DNA of 59,306 nucleotides, counting the filler. It is 6 parts of 6 records of this genome, joined end to end, with 100 filler letters (N's around TTAATTAATTAA, not from the genome) between each part and the next. Parts side by side here need not be neighbours in the genome. Positions count along the whole stretch, not along the records: positions 1 to 13,409 come from DRR723986_17787; 5 more parts are not named here. One strand, 5' to 3'. The notes under the pieces were generated by a model. The model made no database searches and was not told the DNA's origin. It was given only the letters and a program-made list of their open reading frames with translations. The translations under genes and the position numbers were made by a program. Below, piece by piece: positions 1 to 9,809 of the stretch (positions within the stretch are counted from its first letter, which is position 1; each line of letters opens with the position of its first letter).

Positions 1-35
1 AGGCGCAGAAACGCTACATTCGAACCGGAAACGCT

Positions 36-491
36 CTAGTCAAGGTCGATGAGGCCGAAAATGGCCAAGGTGAACAGCAGGCCGACCAGAATTGGCAAGG
101 CAAAAAATCCGACCAAAAAGAAGAAAAACGCAACGGGCAAGGCTCGCTTGACTCGACCAACCAAAACCGCGATCGGTAGAGCAATGGCTGCAAATGTCAA
201 GCCAGCAGCGAACAGCATCAAAACGTCTGTAAGCTGGGCTTCCGCAATGGTGTAAACACCCTGATGCAAATTGATGATCAGACGGAATATGCCCAGAATC
301 ACCGCCCAAAGCCCCGCATAGGCCATCAAGCTGGCCACTGATATCTGGCGGCTGTCGGCTTGGCGGTCAGCTTTGCTCGCCTGGCTGTCTGCTTGGCTGC
401 TTGCTTGGCTGGCCGTGTGGCTTTCAAGTTGGTTGTCAGCGCTCACACAAATTGGCTCCTGTAGCGTGTGGAACACCACTGACCTGCTCAT
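36..491 (-). CDS. Hypothetical membrane protein (about 3 TM helices) with a low-complexity SQAS/SQAD N-terminal stretch
   Basis: 151-aa ORF with hydrophobic segments in the C-terminal two-thirds; no family recognised. Confidence 0.6.
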   Translation of the reverse strand: MSRSVVFHTLQEPICVSADNQLESHTASQASSQADSQASKADRQADSRQISVASLMAYAGLWAVILGIFRLIINLHQGVYTIAEAQLTDVLMLFAAGLTFAAIALPIAVLVGRVKRALPVAFFFFLVGFFALPILVGLLFTLAIFGLIDLD

Positions 492-530
492 TGGTGCACA
501 TGTCGATAAGTGACGCGATGCGATCGCCGC

Positions 531-908
531 TCACTCGACCACCGGCAATCGTTCGCCATCGACCAGAAATTCAACCCTGCCGCCACGCACGTAAATCTCA
601 ACTCTCTGAACAGTCGCTTCAATCGCCTTGACAGACTGACCGTCGACAATCAGTTCCTCCGGTTCAACGACGATCGTCAGTCCATCGGTCTCAATCGTCG
701 CGGTGTCGCCCTCAAACTTGGAATCAATCGTTGGTGAACCCGAATAGATCATCACTCTCCGCCCCGATTCGAGTGAGCCGCTGGCCGTGCTGGTCGAAAA
801 CGCAGCCGATGCAGCAAATAATCCGATCACAACGAGAAGTACCAATCCAATTACAAGCAGCGCGATCGCCCCCAGCCCAAATGCCCTACCCTGTGCCTGC
901 TGGTTCAT
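531..908 (-). CDS. Hypothetical protein with an N-terminal membrane anchor and beta-rich C-terminal domain
   Basis: 125-aa ATG ORF, long hydrophobic N-terminus; same strand as neighbours. Confidence 0.65.
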   Translation of the reverse strand: MNQQAQGRAFGLGAIALLVIGLVLLVVIGLFAASAAFSTSTASGSLESGRRVMIYSGSPTIDSKFEGDTATIETDGLTIVVEPEELIVDGQSVKAIEATVQRVEIYVRGGRVEFLVDGERLPVVE

Positions 909-935
909 TTCAGTGATTTCCTGCTAGTACTCTAT

Positions 936-1027
936 TTGGTGCGAATTGATGCGAGTTGGTGCAAATCGATGCGAATCGATGCGAATTGATGCGAGTTGAT
1001 GCGAGTTGGTGCAAATTGATGCGAATC
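936..1027. repeat. Intergenic 10-bp tandem repeat (consensus GCRARTYGRT), 8 full copies plus partial flanks
   Basis: 941-1020 reads gcgaattgat gcgagttggt gcaaatcgat gcgaatcgat gcgaattgat gcgagttgat gcgagttggt gcaaattgat. Confidence 0.95.
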
Positions 1028-1092
1028 TACTTGATGCCTGCGACGCCTTACGGACCAGTGCATCCACTGATGACGACGACGCTCAGGGAGGC

Positions 1093-1335
1093 TTAACGGT
1101 TCTGCCGCGCCCGTTTCGCTTGGCCAATTTTGAAAGCAGCGTAGAGCCAGAAGGGAGCAATTGCAATGCATCCTGCTGTGGCAACACCGGTTCCCGCTAG
1201 CTCTGCCCTCTTGGCCTTCTGACGATTGGTACCATCTGAATTATAGATGATCGCTATGGTTCCCAGTCCAACAATAATCGTCAGGACCAAGATCAGACCA
1301 GAAGCAATGATGGGAGTCTTGAATCGTTTGAACAT
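1093..1335 (-). CDS. Small hypothetical membrane protein (2 TM)
   Basis: 80-aa ATG ORF with two hydrophobic helices and a basic C-terminus. Confidence 0.6.
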   Translation of the reverse strand: MFKRFKTPIIASGLILVLTIIVGLGTIAIIYNSDGTNRQKAKRAELAGTGVATAGCIAIAPFWLYAAFKIGQAKRARQNR

Positions 1336-1545
1336 TGGCGGGCACCTTCATCATTCTGGGAGGCACAGGTTCGAAAACCAATCGACGCTCAGTGAGTTTA
1401 GTGAAGTGAGTCTAGTCGATGACACCGTGGCCATGCTCCTGGGCAACAGGCTCGTCGAAAGAAAAGGAGACTTGCAGCGTACTTGGACGACGCGAGAGGG
1501 GGCGAGCTGCCCACCGCCAGAGGAGAAGCTACAACCACAGCGCGG

Positions 1546-3030
1546 TTACGGAGCTTTTTCGAACGCGTAAAGGGCTGATTCAGTTCTAATGTACAGACAA
1601 TCTCCAACGGCGGCTGGCGTCGCGAAGATCCCCTCGCCCAGGTCATTCCTGGCGACAACCCTCGGCTGCTTGCCAAGAGTCATCACGGCAATGGATCCTC
1701 GGCTATCAGGAATGTAAAGCCGCCGAGCGGCAATGATCGGGGAAGCGTAATGGGTACCGCCGCCACCGGTTCGCTTTCGGTAGACGCGTCTACCTGTGGC
1801 CAGTTCGACACATGTTACTTGTCCGCCGTTCTTGACGAGGTAGACATACTGGCCATCACTGATGGGTGACGGCACCTCAGGAATCCCAACTTTCTCAAGT
1901 GTATTTACTTGATCAGCACCAAGTACACCAGTGTTTTCAACCGCAATTGCGAGGAGGCCGTGATTCTTGTAGCCGCTGCGAAAGCGTTCAATGTCACGAA
2001 GCTGTTGCTGCCATTCTTCATCAGAAATGCCACCGTCACGATTGCGATCAACTTTCTTGAAGTTGATCGGCGCACCGTTCTCTGGCGCCTCAGCCCCCTC
2101 GGGGCGATGAAAAATCCACAACCGCGGGAATTCGTTCACCTGGACCGCACCGTCGACGTTGTCGTCATGCTCCGCAAGCAATTGCGCAAAGGACGGAAAC
2201 TCAGGTCGCAGCGCTGGTTCGCCCATCTTGTTCCAAGCGGCAACGACTACTTGTCCGCCGACAATCACCGGTGTGCTGGTGGCAGTGGTTGCACACTTCG
2301 TGACCCAACGCTGGGCTCCGGTTTCTATATCAACACCTTGAACGCAGCGAGCACCGTGCAAGACAAGCAGATCGTTGTGAACAACAGGAACGGCCGTGCA
2401 AGCCAATTCGGCATGGAACGGTTCGGGTTGAGGAATCTTCCAGAGTTCCCGTCCGTCCCGCTTGTCGACAGCCAATAGAAAATGATCAACGAAGTTTGCC
2501 CGGTAAAGAATGACCTTATCCTGCGCGATGATTGGCGAAATAGCATTTCCGGCGTACGACTTCGTTAGTGGAAGAGGAATCCCCCACAGTTTCGCACCAT
2601 CAAAATCGAAACACACCAGGCCATACGACCCAAAGTAGGCCACGACACGCTCGCCGTCAGTCGCAGGTGTGCTACTGGCAGGGTTGAACGACGGGTGCCC
2701 ACGTTCTATTTGCTCCGCATCAACAAAGCGCTTCCAATTGATCCGCCCGGTGTTTCGGTCAATCGCAACGACGCCGAGCCTCTTGTTCCCTTCATCGAAG
2801 GTCGTCAGAAAAATCGTATCGCCACTAACGATAGGGGAACTATGTCCGGAAGGTAAATCGCAGCGCCATTTGACGTTCTCTTGTGGCCCGAAGCGAACCG
2901 GCGGAGTCGCGTTTGTGGCGACACCGGATCCGTTGGGCCCTCGAAACTGCGGCCAATCGGCGTGGACAACTCTGGGCAAATTCCCTCCGGCCAGGAACCC
3001 GATCCATAACGCAAGCAAAGTCGTACGCAT
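1546..3030 (-). CDS. PQQ-binding-like beta-propeller repeat protein (Planctomycete BamB-like) with two EF-hand-like loops
   Basis: Signal peptide followed by DWPQFRGPNGSG; repeated SSPI/STPA/SPII blades; loops DDNVDGAVQVNE and DRNRDGGISDEE; start set at ATG 3030 after a GAGGT RBS. Confidence 0.85.
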   Translation of the reverse strand: MRTTLLALWIGFLAGGNLPRVVHADWPQFRGPNGSGVATNATPPVRFGPQENVKWRCDLPSGHSSPIVSGDTIFLTTFDEGNKRLGVVAIDRNTGRINWKRFVDAEQIERGHPSFNPASSTPATDGERVVAYFGSYGLVCFDFDGAKLWGIPLPLTKSYAGNAISPIIAQDKVILYRANFVDHFLLAVDKRDGRELWKIPQPEPFHAELACTAVPVVHNDLLVLHGARCVQGVDIETGAQRWVTKCATTATSTPVIVGGQVVVAAWNKMGEPALRPEFPSFAQLLAEHDDNVDGAVQVNEFPRLWIFHRPEGAEAPENGAPINFKKVDRNRDGGISDEEWQQQLRDIERFRSGYKNHGLLAIAVENTGVLGADQVNTLEKVGIPEVPSPISDGQYVYLVKNGGQVTCVELATGRRVYRKRTGGGGTHYASPIIAARRLYIPDSRGSIAVMTLGKQPRVVARNDLGEGIFATPAAVGDCLYIRTESALYAFEKAP

Positions 3031-3070
3031 ACCTACCTCGCTGTGCCCTTTTTGGCCGCTGGAGACATTG

Positions 3071-3805
3071 TTAGTTGAGAACATCCGATTCAATCAATCC
3101 ATCACGCAGCCTGATCACTCGCTTGGCCCGTTCGGCGACCTCATCCTCGTGCGTGATCATGACAATCGTCTTGCCTGCATCGTTTAGCTTTTCGAACAGG
3201 CCGAGTACTTCATCGGTGGTCTTCGAATCCAGATTCCCTGTCGCTTCGTCAGCAAGAATAAAGTAGGGATCATTGACGAGACTGCGTGCAATGGCGACCC
3301 TCTGCTGTTGTCCGCCAGACAACTCGGTCGGCTTGTGGTAAACACGGTTGCCCAGGCCAACCAACTCGGCCAGCTCCAGGCATTTGTTATTTGCGTCTTT
3401 GCCAATGAGCCCTTGATACTGCAGAGGCACCTTGATGTTCTCAAGCACATTTAGCTGCTGCAGCAGGTTGTATGACTGAAAGACGAAACCGATGCGGCGT
3501 CCTCGAATTCTAGACAATTGATAGTCACTGATGATGGAGACATCGTCACCGGCCAGAAGGTATCGACCGCTAGTGGGACGATCAAGACAGCCCAAGACAT
3601 TGAGCAACGTACTCTTCCCAGAACCACTGGGCCCCATGATCGCGATATACTCGCCTTGCAATACATCGAACGACACACCTCGCAAAGCGTGAACCGTCTC
3701 CCCCTTCAGAAAGTACGTCCGAAAGATGTCTTTGACTCGAAATGCGTAGTCAGTCGCAGCCCGTTCGTCTGCCGGCCTTTCAGGTGTATCCGCAAGTTCG
3801 CTCAT
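3071..3805 (-). CDS. ABC transporter ATP-binding protein (LolD/MacB type)
   Basis: Walker A GPSGSGKS, signature LSGGQQQR, Walker B ILADE, GFVFQSYNLL. Confidence 0.95.
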   Translation of the reverse strand: MSELADTPERPADERAATDYAFRVKDIFRTYFLKGETVHALRGVSFDVLQGEYIAIMGPSGSGKSTLLNVLGCLDRPTSGRYLLAGDDVSIISDYQLSRIRGRRIGFVFQSYNLLQQLNVLENIKVPLQYQGLIGKDANNKCLELAELVGLGNRVYHKPTELSGGQQQRVAIARSLVNDPYFILADEATGNLDSKTTDEVLGLFEKLNDAGKTIVMITHEDEVAERAKRVIRLRDGLIESDVLN

Positions 3806-3846
3806 AAAGTCAGTACGTCAAATCGTGAATTGGTTCCGAAGGTGGG

Positions 3847-5172
3847 CTACTCGTGCCGAAGGGCTTCAATGGGATCCAGATAAGCGGCCTTGCGTGCCGG
3901 ATAGACGCCAAACAGAACGCCGACACCAAGAGAGATCCCAAGCGATAGTGCAACGGACCAAACCGCGATGCGGGGCTCGAGCGAGTTTACAATTGGAGGC
4001 AGAGATTCCGGGGAGACCGTCATGATGATACGCTTGATCAGACGAAAAACCGGACCAACGGCCAGCCCGAACAGCACGCCTGCCAAACCACCACTGGCCG
4101 TCAGGACGACTGTCTCGATTAAGAACTGACCAATGATGTCACTTCGCGTTGCACCAAGAGCACGTCGCACACCGATCTCTCTCGTCCGCTCGGTGACCGT
4201 CGCCAGCATGATATTCATAATGCCAATCCCACCGACCAGCAACGAGATACCTGCAATCACGACTAACAAAACGTTGAACATCGTGCGTGTCCGCTCGGCC
4301 TGCCGGAGCAGTTCGCGTGGGACCACTACGGCATAGTCTTGTTTCTCGTGGTACTTTCTGAGCAGAGTGCCGATAATCTGAGCCGTTTCGTCGACTTCTT
4401 CAATGTTGTTCACTTCGACGGTAATCTGGCTCAGTTCAACGTCTTCGCCGACAAAGTTAAACCCTTGGCCTCCGCCGACCCGCTTCATTACTAGGTCGCC
4501 GACCCGGGAGCGCAGTGTTTGGAGCGGGATGTAGGCGTCCAAATTGTAATCGCGTGAATCCAGGCTGCCGCCGATGGCCGCCGACGCAGTCCGATCGTGC
4601 GTTTGACCAACCACGGTATAAAATTCACTGCCCACCCAAATCGCTCGTCCGATCGGGTTCTCGTACGGAAAGAGCCGCTTGGCAGTTTCATTGGCCAGCA
4701 CGATGACTTTCTTGCCACGATCTCGCAAAGATAGCCAACGCCCACGAGCGATCTTCAACCGATTCAACTCAAGGTATTCTTCGGTGCAGCCGACGAGCTT
4801 GGCGTCGGCGGTCCGGTCATCCAGCCGCAGTTCAAATTTCAGCTCCCGCATGGGAATCGCGCGGCGAATGTTGGGTATGTTCTCAACAATCCGGCGATAG
4901 TCAGAACGCAGCAAACCATATGTCTTCACTCGGCTGTTGGCGTCCTCCGAACTGCTAGCGTTGGGTTGCACCGTTCGAACAATGACATTCTTTGCACCCA
5001 GTTCAAGGATCTGTTGCTGCGCGCGATAGCTGACACCTTCGCCCATGGCGACCAGCCAAATCACGGTCGAAGTGCCAATAAAAATACCCAGCGCCGCCAA
5101 CCCAGCTCGCAGCTTTTGGACAAGTAGGCTCTTTATGCCGAGGTCTACGGTTTGGAAAAACTGAGCAATCAA
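3847..5172 (-). CDS. ABC transporter permease (MacB/FtsX family)
   Basis: GGIGIMNIMLATVTERTREIGVRRALGA and PARKAAYLDPIEALRHE motifs; probable TTG start at 5172 overlapping the upstream TGA, with GGAGG 8 nt upstream. Confidence 0.93.
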   Translation of the reverse strand: MIAQFFQTVDLGIKSLLVQKLRAGLAALGIFIGTSTVIWLVAMGEGVSYRAQQQILELGAKNVIVRTVQPNASSSEDANSRVKTYGLLRSDYRRIVENIPNIRRAIPMRELKFELRLDDRTADAKLVGCTEEYLELNRLKIARGRWLSLRDRGKKVIVLANETAKRLFPYENPIGRAIWVGSEFYTVVGQTHDRTASAAIGGSLDSRDYNLDAYIPLQTLRSRVGDLVMKRVGGGQGFNFVGEDVELSQITVEVNNIEEVDETAQIIGTLLRKYHEKQDYAVVVPRELLRQAERTRTMFNVLLVVIAGISLLVGGIGIMNIMLATVTERTREIGVRRALGATRSDIIGQFLIETVVLTASGGLAGVLFGLAVGPVFRLIKRIIMTVSPESLPPIVNSLEPRIAVWSVALSLGISLGVGVLFGVYPARKAAYLDPIEALRHE

Positions 5173-6716
5173 GTCAGGCACCTCCAGCGATCGGCAGTAT
5201 AGTGTCCGGTCGCATCGATGTGACAAGCGGTCACCTTGTCGCCCGTTCCGTTTGATGAATCGCCATCTTCGCCGCCCGACGCCCCGCCGCCTGACGCCCC
5301 GCCGCCTGACGCTTCGCTGCCTAAAACTTCATCCGCGGCCGTCTCGTTCTCGACCGGGGCTTCAAAGGCATAGGGATGTAGCAAGACTTCATCGCCCTCC
5401 TCCAGTCCTTCAGTCACAATGGTAAAGACATCGTTGCTGTCGCCCACAGTGATTTGTCGACGCTGTGGCCCCGCTGATGACTGCACCCAACAAAAGTTGG
5501 ATTCTTCTGTCTCAACAATTGCCGCAACCGGAACGAGCAAGACATCTTCGTACCGAGCTACTTCGATCTCAATTTCAGCGCTGGTACCAGGACGAAGATC
5601 GTTTTCAGGTGGCAGTGAAACAATGGTGTCGTAACGAACTTGATTACCCGTCCACCAGCCGGCGGGCTTCGTAATGGAAGCAACCTCGGTTACGACTCCT
5701 TGTAAAGTCCGGGTTGGCAAGTCAACCTTCGCTTTCTGCCCAGCGATCACGCGTTTGACGGCAGATTCGTGAACGCCGACCTTAACCTGCATCTGCTTCA
5801 GGTCAGGCATTAACAGAAGCACCTGGTCTTTGTGAACATTCGTCCCTTCTGCGATTGGAGCTGTCTCCCATTTCGCAGCATTCGGATGGATGACCAGGCC
5901 GCTTCGGGGCGCCCGGATGACGCAGTACTGCAACTCTTCAACCGCTCGATCGCGTCGCGAGTTGTCGGCCTGGGCGCGTTCTACGTTGGCTTTGTGAGTC
6001 GCCTCAACTGATTCGAGGTCTCCCTTGAGCGTTTGCAGTTGTTCCTTGTAGGTGAAGTTCTTCAGCACATCTAACTGCGTCTGTTTCAACTCCAGATTGA
6101 GCTTGGCTTGTTCGACGGCAAACTGTTTCTCCTCGACTTCCAAATCGCTCAGGTATCCGCTCTTTGCCATGATACTGATATGCTGCACGCGTTCGCGAGC
6201 ATTCTGCAGTGCAGCTTGTGCGATCGTGACGTCCTTTTCAAGACGCAGTAATTCTGCCTGGAATCGACCTTGATCGTATTCTTCTACCGCAATTCTCGCT
6301 CGTGCAACCCTTGCGGCGGACGCATCTGCGGCAGACTGGGACCAATTCGAGTACTTGGTTCGTTCATCAACTTGTTCCTGGATAAACAGCGCATCCAATC
6401 GCACCAGTTCATCGCCTTCGTTGACGTAGGTTCCGCTGTCGACGATCCACAGCACGGCGTTGTAGCCACGGACCTTCGACTTGATCTCGAGATTCTCGGC
6501 ACTCTCGAGCGTTCCCTGTTCGCTGACCGTCACCAGGAGATCGCCGCGGGAAACACGGTGCGTTAGATGTTGGGCTGATGCCTCATCACCAGTCCCCCCG
6601 AACAACGCGATGCCTCCCCAACAGACGCTACCGACGACTATGGCTACCGCAAATAGCTTGCCGAATAAGCCTAGCTTTAAGGGCTTCAAATCCGCAATGG
6701 ATTGCAACTCGTCCAC
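5169..6716 (-). CDS. Efflux periplasmic adaptor / membrane fusion protein (HlyD family), paralogue 3
   Basis: N-terminal TM, VSRGDL..GTLES, long coiled coil, IRAPRSGLVI, LRPGTSAEIEI. Confidence 0.9.
   Translation of the reverse strand: MDELQSIADLKPLKLGLFGKLFAVAIVVGSVCWGGIALFGGTGDEASAQHLTHRVSRGDLLVTVSEQGTLESAENLEIKSKVRGYNAVLWIVDSGTYVNEGDELVRLDALFIQEQVDERTKYSNWSQSAADASAARVARARIAVEEYDQGRFQAELLRLEKDVTIAQAALQNARERVQHISIMAKSGYLSDLEVEEKQFAVEQAKLNLELKQTQLDVLKNFTYKEQLQTLKGDLESVEATHKANVERAQADNSRRDRAVEELQYCVIRAPRSGLVIHPNAAKWETAPIAEGTNVHKDQVLLLMPDLKQMQVKVGVHESAVKRVIAGQKAKVDLPTRTLQGVVTEVASITKPAGWWTGNQVRYDTIVSLPPENDLRPGTSAEIEIEVARYEDVLLVPVAAIVETEESNFCWVQSSAGPQRRQITVGDSNDVFTIVTEGLEEGDEVLLHPYAFEAPVENETAADEVLGSEASGGGASGGGASGGEDGDSSNGTGDKVTACHIDATGHYTADRWRCLT
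5270..5312 (-). repeat. In-frame 15-bp tandem repeat encoding (ASGGG)x3 in the MFP3 tail
   Basis: GCCCCGCCGCCTGAC unit repeated; protein reads ASGGGASGGGASGGE. Confidence 0.85.
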
Positions 6717-6725
6717 GTGTGCTCC

Positions 6726-8087
6726 CTAGTTCCCAGACTCTGGAATCGCGCGAGCCACTTCTTCCTGGGCTTGGGGCACGTTGGCGAGTGGGTCCAAGAC
6801 AACGGACTCGCCTTCTGTGATACCGCTGCTGACAACTAGAAACATCTCGTTGCCATCCTGAACTTCTAGTTCACGCCGCTCAAGCCCAACTTCCTGTTGC
6901 ACCCAGCACACGACGGCGTTCTCGGTTTCTATACAAGCGACGGCTGGCACGATGATGGAGTCGGAATATTCGGCCATCACGATTTCGACCTCAGCGCTCA
7001 TGCCGGGCTTCATGCCCTCCCGTGACGGGAGTGAAACCGTTGCATCATACTTAACGAGGTTCCCTGTCCACCACGACGCAGGTTTGGCAACTGATGCCAC
7101 GTAGGTGACTTCGGCGGGTATCAACTCACCATTGAGTGTCACGTTGGCAACCATTCCACTTTGAATCCGCTTGACCACCGATTCGTGAATTCCAACCTTT
7201 ACCTGCATTTGAGTCAAATCGGGCATCAACAGCAGCGTTTGGTCTTTGCGAACCGTCGCACCTTCTTCCATCTCCGGTGCATCCTTCCACTCCTCGCCTG
7301 TTGGATAGATCACCAAACCTGAGCGGGCGGCGCGAATGGTGCAGGCTTCCAGTTCCTCTTCGGCCCTTTGAAGTCGCTTTTTGTCTGCCAGCGATCGTTC
7401 GACATCAGCCTCATGCGTTGCCTCTGCTGCCTTGAGTTCCCCCCGCAGCCGAATGAGTTCTTCCTTCTTCGTAAAGTCATTGAGCACGTCGATTCGGGTC
7501 TTTGCCAAGCCAACAGTCAGCTCGGCTTGCTGAAGTGCAAACTGCTTCTCTTCCATCTCTAGATCGCTGGCATACTCACTTTTGGCCAGCATCTCAGAGT
7601 GTTTGAGGCGATTCTTGGCGTTGAGTAATCTCGATTCCGCGATTGCCAAGTCTTTTTGCAGTGCCGCCAGCTCGGATACAAACCGGCCTTCGGAGTATTC
7701 GGAGATCGCTAGCTTGGATCGTGCGACGTCAGCCGCTGAGCGGGCGACTTGAGATTCGGCCAAGTGAAAGAACTTGGTTCGGCTGCTAATTTCTTCTTCG
7801 ATGGCAAGCGTATCCAACTGCACAAGAAGATCACCTTCTTGCACCAACGTGCCACTCTCTACGACGAAAGTCACGGTGTTATCACCGCGGACCCGGCACT
7901 TCACCTCCGTATTATTGGAACTCTCAAGTGTGCCCAACTCGGTGACAGTGACTTGCAGATCACCACGGGTGACGCGATGCAAGAAAGTGGGAGCGATGGT
8001 CGTGCTCGCCTCGGATGTCGGGCGCAGCGAAAACGCCGCGTATCCGACGGAGGCAACCACAACAAGGATTAGCACAGCGAGCTTCAC
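6726..8087 (-). CDS. Efflux periplasmic adaptor / membrane fusion protein (HlyD family), paralogue 2
   Basis: Same architecture: VTRGDL..GTLES, IRAARSGLVIYP, MKPGMSAEVEI; GTG start overlapping the upstream stop. Confidence 0.9.
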   Translation of the reverse strand: MKLAVLILVVVASVGYAAFSLRPTSEASTTIAPTFLHRVTRGDLQVTVTELGTLESSNNTEVKCRVRGDNTVTFVVESGTLVQEGDLLVQLDTLAIEEEISSRTKFFHLAESQVARSAADVARSKLAISEYSEGRFVSELAALQKDLAIAESRLLNAKNRLKHSEMLAKSEYASDLEMEEKQFALQQAELTVGLAKTRIDVLNDFTKKEELIRLRGELKAAEATHEADVERSLADKKRLQRAEEELEACTIRAARSGLVIYPTGEEWKDAPEMEEGATVRKDQTLLLMPDLTQMQVKVGIHESVVKRIQSGMVANVTLNGELIPAEVTYVASVAKPASWWTGNLVKYDATVSLPSREGMKPGMSAEVEIVMAEYSDSIIVPAVACIETENAVVCWVQQEVGLERRELEVQDGNEMFLVVSSGITEGESVVLDPLANVPQAQEEVARAIPESGN

Positions 8088-9583
8088 GACGCGGCCTCCT
8101 CACCCTGCTCTGCCCCGACAGCGTCGCCACTGGTGCTTTCGGCAGTGTCTTCGACCTGCGACGCCTCCGTCTCGGAGAGTGTCGTGCGGGCTTCCCCCTG
8201 AGCTTCATCGATCATCGCGACGGGATTCAGAATCACTTCGTCGCCTTCGTTCAGTCCGGCCAGCACTTCCACGAACACATCGTTGCTGTCACCTAGTTCG
8301 ATCAGCCGCTTCAATGGTTCCTCTTCGGTTTCAACCCAGCAGAAGCTACCTTCTTCAGTTTCGACCACGGCGGCAACCGGGACGGTCAATACGTCTTCGT
8401 GCACGGCGAGGATGATATCGACCTCGGCGCTCATTCCCGGCTTCAGCCCGGCATCGGCGGGCAACTCGATGACGGTGTCGTACTTGACGACATTGCCCGT
8501 CCACCAGCCGGCAGGACGTGTCACCGTTGCAACTTCCGAGACGGTCGCCTCAAGCGTTCGGTCCGGCAGCGTTACGATCGCCCTGAGGCCAGGACGCACT
8601 CGACCGATGACGGATTCGTGCACACCGAGCTTAACCTGCATCTTCGTCAGGTCAGGCATCAGCAGCAAGACTTGATCTTTTCGAACCGTTGCGCCTTCTG
8701 TGATGTCGGGAGTTGTTTTCCACGATGCCGCCGACGGATAAATAACCAGACCACTCTTCTCGGCCCGAATGACGCAGTCTTCCAGTTCCTGCGCGGCGCG
8801 GTCACGGCGTTTGATCTCCATTGCCAACCCCGCTTGGTCGGCGGCCAACTTGGATTCACTCGCGGTGATGTTTCCGTTGAGCGTCTCAAGCTGCATCCGG
8901 CGAGTGAAATCCTTCAGGACTTTGATTTCTGTCTCTTTGACTTTCAATTCCAGCTCAGCCTGGGTAACCGTGAATGCGTCACCTTCCACTTGTAGTTCGG
9001 TAACGTACCCCTGCCGAAAAAGCGACTCGGACCGCTGATACATTTTGCGAGCGGTACGAAGATTCCGCTTGTGTGCCTCTAGCTCTTTTTCTAACCCCTG
9101 CAACTGCGATCGATAGCGGCCCTTCTCGTAGGCCTCGATGGCAATCTTAGCCTTTTTAACGTTCGCCTCAGTCTGAGCCAGTGTTGCCTGGGCGATGAAA
9201 GTGTTTGTTTTCGTCAGACTGTGCTGTTCTTCGATAACTTTGGTGTCAAGCCGGACGAGCTCCTGCCCTTTCTCGACGACAGTCCCAGCCGGCACCACAT
9301 AGGTCACCACGCTGAATCCGCGGACCTTGCACTTAATCTCAGTGTTGTTGGAACTCTCCAGTGTCCCCTGCTCAGTGACCGAAACGGTGAGCTTTCCACG
9401 AGAAATCTTGTGCGTCAAACGCGGTGCATTTCCCTGCGAAGCTGCAGGTGCTAGAGCCACGGCAACCGCCGCGATTACAATTGCCAAGATGCCAAGAATC
9501 ACCAGCGCGCGGATGAACGTTCGATCGCCCGAGTTGGAGCTCGATTCGAAGGCTTCTGAGGTGGGTAGGCTAGTGTCAGACAT
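8084..9583 (-). CDS. Efflux periplasmic adaptor / membrane fusion protein (HlyD family), paralogue 1
   Basis: Same architecture: ISRGKL..GTLES, IRAEKSGLVIYP, LKPGMSAEVDI. Confidence 0.9.
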   Translation of the reverse strand: MSDTSLPTSEAFESSSNSGDRTFIRALVILGILAIVIAAVAVALAPAASQGNAPRLTHKISRGKLTVSVTEQGTLESSNNTEIKCKVRGFSVVTYVVPAGTVVEKGQELVRLDTKVIEEQHSLTKTNTFIAQATLAQTEANVKKAKIAIEAYEKGRYRSQLQGLEKELEAHKRNLRTARKMYQRSESLFRQGYVTELQVEGDAFTVTQAELELKVKETEIKVLKDFTRRMQLETLNGNITASESKLAADQAGLAMEIKRRDRAAQELEDCVIRAEKSGLVIYPSAASWKTTPDITEGATVRKDQVLLLMPDLTKMQVKLGVHESVIGRVRPGLRAIVTLPDRTLEATVSEVATVTRPAGWWTGNVVKYDTVIELPADAGLKPGMSAEVDIILAVHEDVLTVPVAAVVETEEGSFCWVETEEEPLKRLIELGDSNDVFVEVLAGLNEGDEVILNPVAMIDEAQGEARTTLSETEASQVEDTAESTSGDAVGAEQGEEAAS

Positions 9584-9809
9584 CAGGAAGGTGTTGCAGC
9601 TAGTGCGCCCTGTAGACTTGAAGCGTCAATCGTACTTTGATCACCAGCGGATTGCCCAAATAGTGGACGCAGTTTCCCAGCATTTTTGCGCTTTTCCAAG
9701 GATTCCTTCGACAAATTGCAGAACGTTTCGGTCTATCAGCGAAACCACTTAGCCACTCAGGCTTTTGAAGCTCGAAAGGTGTCCCCGCTCTCTCCGCCAG
9801 CAGAAGCGG

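Noticed and set aside
936..1027. 10-bp repeat array as a CRISPR
   Set aside because: Units are 10 bp and contiguous, with no unique spacers and no cas genes
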